From the sequence record SRR20825010_7048: a stretch of 37,111 bases of DNA; one strand, 5' to 3'. Both the position numbers and the translations under genes were made by a program. Each line of letters begins with the position of its first letter. Position 1 is the first letter of the stretch. Shown here one piece after another: positions 30,455-37,111 of this stretch. The notes under the pieces were generated by a model, which was not told where the DNA came from, did not search any database, and saw only the letters and a program-made list of their open reading frames with translations.

Positions 30455-30481
30455 AGCCGGGGGAGACCCCGGCTTTTTTTT
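30455..30481 (+). terminator. Rho-independent terminator
   Basis: AGCCGGGG-GAGA-CCCCGGCT stem with GNRA loop, followed by a T-run. Confidence 0.9.
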
Positions 30482-30614
30482 GCCTGAATTATCTGACCGG
30501 TTGTCGGGCAAGCCTGCGGCTTGCCCTTGTTCCAATAACATTCGATGGTAATGTAGTCGGCTTAACGATAGCAGCCCGTTCTCACACGAACCTGTCCGGC
30601 GACTCCAGGAGGTC

Positions 30615-31412
30615 ATGACCATGAGTGTTGAACTCAATTACCGCATTACCGGCGAAGGCCCGCCATTGATCCTTCTCCATGGCCTGTTTGGCTCGCTGGA
30701 AAATCTGGGAGGCATCACCCGTCGCCTGCAGGACCAGTGGCAGATTCATGCTCTGGATCAGCGCAATCACGGCGCTTCCCCCCATACCGACACCATGGAT
30801 TACCCGGCTATGGCCGACGATGTGTTGGCTTACATGGATGCTCAGGGGCTGGAAAAGGCGTCTATTCTGGGGCACTCCATGGGCGGAAAGACCGCGATGC
30901 AGGTGGCATTGCAAGCTCCGGGCCGGGTTGAGCGAATTATCGTGGCGGATATCGCACCGGTGACCTATAAACCCCGTCATGATGCGGTGCTGGAGGGGCT
31001 GACCTCAGTGGATCTGGGCTCTATCCGCACGCGACAGGATGCCGACAGGGTGCTGGCGGAACATGTAGAGGAGCTTGGTGTCAGGCAGTTCCTGCTGAAG
31101 AACCTAGTGCGGGTGGGGGATGACGAACAAGGCCAGCATCCCGGACCGTACCGCTGGCGGCTGAACCTGCCGGTGATAGAGCAATGTTATCCCCGCCTTG
31201 CGCAGGCACCGGAGGGGAGCGGGCCGTTTGAAGGTCCGGTATTGTTTATCAAGGGGGCCGATTCGGCCTATATCCAGGAGAAACACCGCGACGACATCCG
31301 TCAGCGCTTTCCCGCAGCGGATTTGCGAATCATCAACGGCACAGGGCACTGGTTGCACGCAGAGAAACCCGACAGCTTTGCGGCACTGTGTCGTCGTTTC
31401 CTCACGGATTAG
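30615..31412 (+). CDS. Alpha/beta hydrolase, YbfF-like esterase
   Basis: HGLFGS, DQRNHG, GHSMGGK nucleophile elbow and GHWLHAEKP; SD AGGAGG; start at 30615 or 30621. Confidence 0.9.
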   Translation: MTMSVELNYRITGEGPPLILLHGLFGSLENLGGITRRLQDQWQIHALDQRNHGASPHTDTMDYPAMADDVLAYMDAQGLEKASILGHSMGGKTAMQVALQAPGRVERIIVADIAPVTYKPRHDAVLEGLTSVDLGSIRTRQDADRVLAEHVEELGVRQFLLKNLVRVGDDEQGQHPGPYRWRLNLPVIEQCYPRLAQAPEGSGPFEGPVLFIKGADSAYIQEKHRDDIRQRFPAADLRIINGTGHWLHAEKPDSFAALCRRFLTD

Positions 31413-31503
31413 CGCCTGGTAGCGGCGGGTACCTGCCAGTTTAGCCGCTGGCGGGTGTCTGATAAGGTTACGGAATCGTATCTGACAGGAACAGGCATCC
31501 TCT

Positions 31504-32595
31504 ATGAAGTGGCTTCTGGGCGCATTGCTGATTGGTTTTTTGGTGCTGGGGGGCTTCCTGTTGTCGCCATCTCCCATTAATAGCCAGGCCTGGAACGCCC
31601 CTTCGCCGCAGCCATTGACCGGTAAGCTGGCGCCCAACGAACGCCTGAGACTGGCAGACCTGCTGGCCAGGGGAGAGGTGTACGGCCCTGAAGACACCAC
31701 GGTGGATGACGACGGTATTCTCTACACTGGCACGCAGGATGGCTGGATCGTCCGGGTCAAACCGGATGGCCAGACGGAGAAGTGGCTGGAAACCGGAGGC
31801 CGGCCGTTGGGGATGGTGTTTGATCGCCACGGCAATCTCATCGTGGCGGATGCCTGGAAGGGGCTTCTCTCCATAGCGCCGGACAAGACCGTCACCGTAC
31901 TGACCCGAGAGGCAGAAGGCTTGCCATTCCGTTTCACCGACGATGTGGATATTGCCCCGGACGGCCGCATCTACTTTACGGATGCCAGTTCGCGATTCCG
32001 TCAGCCTGAGTATCAGCTGGATTTGCTTGAGATGCGCCCTCACGGTCGCCTGCTTCGTTATGATCCGGCCACCGGTAAAACCGAGGTGTTGCTCAGCAAC
32101 CTGCATTTTGCCAATGGTGTGGCGGTGTCGCCGGACGGCGAGTACCTGTTGGTGAATGAAACCTGGAAGTATCGAATCCTCAAGTACTGGATCGGTGGCC
32201 GCTATCCCGGACAGGCGGAAGTGTTTGCCGACAACCTGCCCGGGTTCCCCGACAACCTGGCGGTCGACCACGAGGGCCGCTACTGGGTTGCGTTTCCCAC
32301 GCTCCGGAATGCCCAGGTGGATGCCCTGCATCGGCAGCCATGGCTGAAAGACCTGCTGGCCAAACTGCCAGATTACTTCAAGCCGAAGCCCCAGGAATAC
32401 GGGCTGGTAGTGGCCATGGACGCGGACGGCAGCGTGATTACCAGTCTTCACGACACCAAGGGTACCCATCTGCGGGAGATCACGTCGGTCAACCCCCATG
32501 ACGGTCACCTCTACTTTGGTTCACTTCACAACGACCGCATCGGCCGGCTAGCCTTGTCGGCTATTCCGGGGTTGGGAGACAGCGACAATGAGTGA
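31504..32595 (+). CDS. SMP-30/gluconolactonase / strictosidine-synthase-like beta-propeller protein
   Basis: N-terminal anchor; GPED, GRPLG, YFTDAS, FANGVA and LPGFPDN. Confidence 0.9.
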   Translation: MKWLLGALLIGFLVLGGFLLSPSPINSQAWNAPSPQPLTGKLAPNERLRLADLLARGEVYGPEDTTVDDDGILYTGTQDGWIVRVKPDGQTEKWLETGGRPLGMVFDRHGNLIVADAWKGLLSIAPDKTVTVLTREAEGLPFRFTDDVDIAPDGRIYFTDASSRFRQPEYQLDLLEMRPHGRLLRYDPATGKTEVLLSNLHFANGVAVSPDGEYLLVNETWKYRILKYWIGGRYPGQAEVFADNLPGFPDNLAVDHEGRYWVAFPTLRNAQVDALHRQPWLKDLLAKLPDYFKPKPQEYGLVVAMDADGSVITSLHDTKGTHLREITSVNPHDGHLYFGSLHNDRIGRLALSAIPGLGDSDNE

Positions 32596-33064
32596 GTTTG
32601 ATCCGGTGAACTGGGATCTTCCCGAACCATTCACCATGACCATCGACGTCCGGGACGCGGACACTGACAAGCTCGGGCACGCCAATAACGTGGTGTACGT
32701 GCGCTGGCTTGAAGATATCAGCTGGCAGCACATCGACAGCCTCGGCATGACCTGGGAGCTGCATGAAAAAACCGGCAAAGCCATGGCCATTACCCGTACT
32801 GAAATCGATTACCTGGCGTCCGCCAATGCCGGCGACCGGCTGGTGCTGGGCACCTGGCTGACTGGGTTCGATGGGCGCTTTCGCTCGGCGCGGCAATTCC
32901 AACTGGTGCGTGAATCCGATGGCAAGACCCTGGTGCGCGCGGTATCCACCCATGCCTGTGTCAACATGAAGAGCCAGAGGCCCTCGCGGATGCCTGCGGA
33001 ATACGCCGACATCCTCGGTGGAGCGATGGTGCCCGGTGGTCGCGGCTTTGATACCACACCTTGA
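32588..33064 (+). CDS. Acyl-CoA thioesterase (hot-dog, 4HBT/YbgC-like)
   Basis: DTDKLGHANNVVYVRW motif. Confidence 0.88.
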   Translation: MSEFDPVNWDLPEPFTMTIDVRDADTDKLGHANNVVYVRWLEDISWQHIDSLGMTWELHEKTGKAMAITRTEIDYLASANAGDRLVLGTWLTGFDGRFRSARQFQLVRESDGKTLVRAVSTHACVNMKSQRPSRMPAEYADILGGAMVPGGRGFDTTP

Positions 33065-33119
33065 GGATTCTGCTAGTCTGAACAAATGATCCTGTCCCTG
33101 AAGCTGTCTGGAGAGCCCC

Positions 33120-34109
33120 ATGGAAAACACCGTTGATCCGAATTCTGGTCATGCCATGCGTCACGTGGTCTATGACCACTTTGGCGATACTGACGTACTG
33201 CGGATCGAAAGTTCCACCATCCCCGAGCCGGGCGCCGAGGAAGTTTTGCTCAGGGTGGCGGGCGCGGGGTTGAACCCCATCGACTGGAAGACGCGGAAAG
33301 GCCTGGGATTTGCCGCCCGGCAGATTGAAGACCACCTGCCATGGACGCCCGGCTACGATGTTTCGGGCGAAGTGATTGCGGTTGGTGCTGACGTGACGAC
33401 GTTGGCGCCAGGCGATCGGGTGATGGGCATGGTGGGCTTCCCGGCTGGCGGAGGAGGTTATTCCCAATACGCAGTGGCTCGCGCCGACGAGTTGGCCATT
33501 GTGCCCGAGGAACTGGACCTGATGACTGCCGGCGCTTTGCCGCTGGCCGCGTTGACCGCCTGGCAGGCATTGTTCGAAGTGGCGGAACTGGAGGCTGGTC
33601 AGAAAGTGCTGATTCACGCCGGTGCTGGCGGAGTCGGGCATTTCGCCGTGCAGTTTGCGCTTGAACGGGGCGCCCATGTGATCGCCACTGCTTCAGCCAG
33701 TAATCGCGATTTCCTGGCGGCTTTTGGCGTCCATGAGGTGATTGATTACCACACCACCGACGTTGTAGACGAGTGCTATGGTCTGGACGTGGTGCTGGAT
33801 CTGGTCGGCGGCGAAGCGGGCAAGCGTTCCCTGCACACCCTGAGTGAGCACGGCGTACTGGTCACGATTCCCACCGTGACGGCAGATGAGATCATAACCG
33901 CGGCTGAGTCCCTTGGGTTGAGAGCCCATGGCATGACCGTCCGCCCCGATGTGTTTCATCTCGATGAGATCGCCGAACTGATCGAGGACGGCGAGGTGCG
34001 TGTCCATATCGACAAGGCCTTCCCGCTGGATCAGGTCGCTGATGCCCACCGCTTGCTGGAGGGTGGGCACGTTCGGGGTAAACTGGTCCTGGACTGCGGG
34101 GCCCGCTGA
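33120..34109 (+). CDS. NADP-dependent MDR (quinone-oxidoreductase-like) oxidoreductase
   Basis: NPIDWK, PGYDVSG, ALTAWQAL, HAGAGGVG and GKLVL; no catalytic Zn cysteines evident. Confidence 0.88.
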   Translation: MENTVDPNSGHAMRHVVYDHFGDTDVLRIESSTIPEPGAEEVLLRVAGAGLNPIDWKTRKGLGFAARQIEDHLPWTPGYDVSGEVIAVGADVTTLAPGDRVMGMVGFPAGGGGYSQYAVARADELAIVPEELDLMTAGALPLAALTAWQALFEVAELEAGQKVLIHAGAGGVGHFAVQFALERGAHVIATASASNRDFLAAFGVHEVIDYHTTDVVDECYGLDVVLDLVGGEAGKRSLHTLSEHGVLVTIPTVTADEIITAAESLGLRAHGMTVRPDVFHLDEIAELIEDGEVRVHIDKAFPLDQVADAHRLLEGGHVRGKLVLDCGAR

Positions 34110-34114
34110 TACGC

Positions 34115-35974
34115 TCAGGTTGGAGCGGGTTCCGGTGGCTGTTCCGGCGACTCCCCGGTATCCCGCTCCTTGCGTTCCTTCCTCGCCTGGGGTGGCACCA
34201 GGCTTACCAATGTCCAGTCTTTCTCGGGCTTGATGGCCTCCATGCTCTTGACCGGCGTGATGTGTTCGCGCGTGTTCACCACGAACAGCACCATGGCCTG
34301 ACGGTCGTACTTGTCCAGGAAATCCTCGAACGTAAATTCGTCACTGAGCTGGGTGGTCTTCACCGTATACCCTTGGCTGGCCAAACTGGCCAGCTTGGCG
34401 TAGCTCACTCCGTCGAAGAGTCCTCTCGTAAGCTGTATTTTCTCGGCGGTCTGGTGCCGGGCCTTCTGGTCCTGATCCCCTTCGGCCAGGGTTAGCACTG
34501 AGTCTTTTCCGAACCAGTCCAGGAAGTGGTAGGTGGCCAGGGAATTCATGTGCTTGTAAGGGGAAATAACCAGCAGGTTGCCAATGCCGGTGAGATCCAG
34601 GTGGGTCGACGCATGCTCCGACACGGGGTTGCCGAAATACACCTGGAGGTTTTCCATGCGCGCCTGTTTGACGTTCTCCCAGTTGGTGTCCGCCAGGGTA
34701 ACGGGGACCTCCAGCTTTTTCAGTGCCAGGCCGATTTTTCGGGCCACCGGGTTGGCACCGAGAATCAGGAAGCCGTATTCCGCCGGCTCGGCGACCTTCA
34801 GAAGCCTCGCCAGAGGCCTCGCGGTAAGACTCTGCAGGGTGACGGTGGCGATGATCAGCATGAATATCAGTGGCACCAGGGCTCCGGCGCTTTCGTAGCC
34901 CAGTTTCTGCAACTGAAACGCAAACAGGGCGGATACGGCAGCGGCTACAATGCCTCGGGGGGCGATCCAGCTCAGGAACAGTTTGTCGCGCCAGTTGAGA
35001 CTGGTGCCAATGGCCGACAGGAAGATGCTTGCCGGGCGTGCAACCAGCATCAGCAACGCCAACACGGCCACCAGCCCCCAGCCCAGTTGAGCGATGGCTT
35101 CGAACTCCACCCGTGCTGCCAGGATAATGAAGAGAGCGGAAATCAGCAGCACGCTCAGGGATTCCTTGAACTCCAGGATGCTGTCGATGGGGACCTGCTT
35201 CATGTTGGCCATCCAGATGCCCATCACAGTGACCGTCAGCAGGCCGGACTCGTGGGCCATTTCATTCGACAGGGCATAGACCCCGAGCATGAACGTCAGG
35301 GTGCCGGCGTTGTGCAGGTATTGCGGCAGAAGGTGCTTGCGCAACGCAATGCCGTTCAGCCAGCCCGCGACAGCGCCAATCAGGAAACCCACTGCCAGGG
35401 TCTTGCCAAAAATATACAGCGAGTGGCTGAACACGTTGCCCTGGCCCCAGGACACAATGCCCTCGAAGACCAGCACCGCCAGCAGGGCGCCCACTGGGTC
35501 GATGATGATGCCCTCCCAGCGCAGAATGTTGGCCAGTTTTGCGTCCGGTCGCACAGATCGGAGCAGAGGGGCGATGACGGTAGGGCCGGTGACGATGGAT
35601 ATGGCGCCAAACAGGAGGGCCACCTCCCATGACACATCAAGGATCCAGCGGGCGGCCAGGGTGCCAATGATGCAGGTGACAATGGAGCCGACGGGAATCA
35701 GATTGCGAACCATCTTGCCATGGCCACGTATTTCGTCGTAGCGGAGCGTCAGGCTGCCTTCAAACAGGATAATGGCAACGGCCAGGGAGATGACCGGGAA
35801 CAGCAGGTCTCCAAACACGATTTCGGGGTCCAGAAATCCCAGCAGCGGCCCTGCGGCAATGCCGCCGGCCAGCAGGAACAGGATGGCCGGCATGCGAACT
35901 CGCCAGGCGAGCCACTGGCAAAACAGGGAGAGCACACCGATACAGGCAAGGAGAAAGACAGTGCTGACGGTCAT
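34115..35974 (-). CDS. CPA1 cation:proton antiporter with C-terminal Rossmann/RCK-like domain
   Basis: About 12 TM helices; ILFEGSL, TGPTVI, WEGIIIDP and APRGIVAA; start set to ATG 35974 (MTVSTV...). Confidence 0.9.
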   Translation of the reverse strand: MTVSTVFLLACIGVLSLFCQWLAWRVRMPAILFLLAGGIAAGPLLGFLDPEIVFGDLLFPVISLAVAIILFEGSLTLRYDEIRGHGKMVRNLIPVGSIVTCIIGTLAARWILDVSWEVALLFGAISIVTGPTVIAPLLRSVRPDAKLANILRWEGIIIDPVGALLAVLVFEGIVSWGQGNVFSHSLYIFGKTLAVGFLIGAVAGWLNGIALRKHLLPQYLHNAGTLTFMLGVYALSNEMAHESGLLTVTVMGIWMANMKQVPIDSILEFKESLSVLLISALFIILAARVEFEAIAQLGWGLVAVLALLMLVARPASIFLSAIGTSLNWRDKLFLSWIAPRGIVAAAVSALFAFQLQKLGYESAGALVPLIFMLIIATVTLQSLTARPLARLLKVAEPAEYGFLILGANPVARKIGLALKKLEVPVTLADTNWENVKQARMENLQVYFGNPVSEHASTHLDLTGIGNLLVISPYKHMNSLATYHFLDWFGKDSVLTLAEGDQDQKARHQTAEKIQLTRGLFDGVSYAKLASLASQGYTVKTTQLSDEFTFEDFLDKYDRQAMVLFVVNTREHITPVKSMEAIKPEKDWTLVSLVPPQARKERKERDTGESPEQPPEPAPT

Positions 35975-36003
35975 AATGGGGTCAGTTCCGTTGAAGTATG
36001 GGT

Positions 36004-36831
36004 TTAATTCTGTAGTCCTGCAGGAAAGTCTGCCGTCTTGTCGGAACTGGCCTTGCGCGCCAGGCGAGCCAGCAACCGCGCCGCCGCGAAGAAACCAAAA
36101 CTGGCGGTGACGGGGCTGGCAGCACCAAACCCGGAGGCGCAATCCAGACGGACCGGGCCTTCGGTGGCAGGCTTCTGTAGGCAAACCTCACCGTCCCCTG
36201 CAGGATACGTGAGCTGTTCCAGGGAGTACACGGCTTCAATTCCGAAACGCCGTTTGGGATTGCGTGAGAACCCGTACTCCCGACGGAGTGCATTACGCAC
36301 CTTGGCCAACAATGGATCCTGTGTGGTTTTGCTCAGGTCACTGACGCGGATCTGGGTTGGGTCCATCTGACCGCCGGCGCCGCCAGCACACACCAATGGA
36401 ATCTTGCGACGCTGACAGTGTGCAATCAGCCCGGCCTTGGCTTTGACGCTGTCGATGGCATCGACCACCCCTGACATCTCCGGGGTAATCAGTTCATCGA
36501 CGTTTTTCGTGTTCAGGAACCCGAAATGGACCCGAATGTCACCCTCCGGGTTGATCGACCGCAAACGGTCTGCCATGGCGTCCGTCTTGGTGCGCCCGTA
36601 TTGCCCGCTAAGCGCGTGGAGCTGGCGATTGGTATTGGACACGCAGATATCGTCCATGTCGATCAACGTCAAGGTGCCGACGCCGGAGCGGGCAAGGGCT
36701 TCAGCCGCCCAGGAGCCCACGCCACCCAATCCAACGATGGCAATGTGAGCGTGACGGAAGTGCTCCAGTGCCCGGCGGCCATAGAGTCGTTCGATACCGC
36801 CGAAGCGGAAATGGAAGTCGTCACCCGTCAT
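36004..36831 (-). CDS. tcdA: tRNA cyclic N6-threonylcarbamoyladenosine synthase
   Basis: RFGGIERLYG, GLGGVGSWAAEALARSG, SNTNRQLHA, QDPLLAKVR and LDCASGFG; start ATG 36831 after GGAG; TACAAT -10 candidate at 36857-36862 on the minus strand. Confidence 0.95.
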   Translation of the reverse strand: MTGDDFHFRFGGIERLYGRRALEHFRHAHIAIVGLGGVGSWAAEALARSGVGTLTLIDMDDICVSNTNRQLHALSGQYGRTKTDAMADRLRSINPEGDIRVHFGFLNTKNVDELITPEMSGVVDAIDSVKAKAGLIAHCQRRKIPLVCAGGAGGQMDPTQIRVSDLSKTTQDPLLAKVRNALRREYGFSRNPKRRFGIEAVYSLEQLTYPAGDGEVCLQKPATEGPVRLDCASGFGAASPVTASFGFFAAARLLARLARKASSDKTADFPAGLQN

Positions 36832-36931
36832 GCTGCATCTCCGGAGAAAAGTCACGATTGTAACCCAGCCCTGCCGGCTGTCTCTAATCAGTCGTCGGAT
36901 ATCGTATTCATGGGGTGAGGTGAGCAAGCAT

Positions 36932-36958
36932 AAAAAAGGCCACGCAAGAGCGTGGCCT
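36932..36958 (-). terminator. Rho-independent terminator upstream of tcdA
   Basis: Minus strand reads AGGCCACGC-TCTT-GCGTGGCCT followed by a T-run. Confidence 0.85.
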
Positions 36959-37015
36959 GTAAGCAAGTGCCCAACCCGACGGGGGGTGGGCCGGACTAGT
37001 TCAGAGACACTAATC
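36932..37015 (-). ncRNA. Candidate small regulatory RNA (RyhB-like features)
   Basis: C-rich-loop hairpin (36969-36991), CACTTGCTTACAG segment and terminator, with an upstream GAT-rich array; the 5' end is an estimate. Confidence 0.4.
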
Positions 37016-37081
37016 AACGTAATCAGTATCGTTTATCAACGTGTCGTCCGGAAGGTCACAAACTGACAAAGGCCGGTCATT

Positions 37082-37111
37082 TTCGGCCAAGGCTTCGGCC
37101 AAGGCTTCGGC
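37082..37111. repeat. 12-bp tandem repeat TTCGGCCAAGGC x2.5, cut by the window end
   Basis: Copies at 37082-37093 and 37094-37105, partial copy at 37106-37111. Confidence 0.8.

Noticed and set aside
31504-32595. True strictosidine synthase / alkaloid pathway
   Set aside because: Bacterial members of this family are generally considered hydrolase-like, and no biosynthetic cluster surrounds the gene
34526-35632. 368-aa plus-strand ORF (likewise 31468-32508 and 25548-26456 on the minus strand)
   Set aside because: Each lies antisense to well-supported genes and shows no domain signatures
37082-37111. Start of a CRISPR array
   Set aside because: Units are 12 bp and directly adjacent with no spacers; no cas genes in the window

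Overview
A GC-rich (roughly 60% by eye) gammaproteobacterial chromosomal segment. Gene order and protein style suggest Marinobacter or a close relative (inference). The left half is conserved core synteny: ubiD(3' end)-fre, hemYXDC, algR-fimS/algZ, argH, a degenerate PAS-GGDEF-EAL gene divergent from cyaA, then lptM-lysA-dapF-DUF484-xerC and a DgcP-like diguanylate cyclase. The right half holds signalling and lipid/envelope genes: an orphan 2xPBP histidine kinase, a PlpD-type patatin, GntR, cls, AraC, a YbfF-like esterase, a strictosidine-synthase-like protein, a thioesterase, an MDR oxidoreductase, a CPA1 antiporter and tcdA. I saw no phage, IS, CRISPR, rRNA or tRNA. The two most interesting signals are not in the ORF track. 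(1) A self-contained ~190-nt unit divergent from the AraC gene, with tandem 21-bp-spaced operator-like repeats, a -10 box, a strong SD, a 30-aa ORF and its own terminator (30222-30481). (2) A candidate minus-strand sRNA upstream of tcdA, with a Fur-box-like array, a RyhB-like seed and an intrinsic terminator (~36932-37045). Both are hypotheses that need database and transcript checks.
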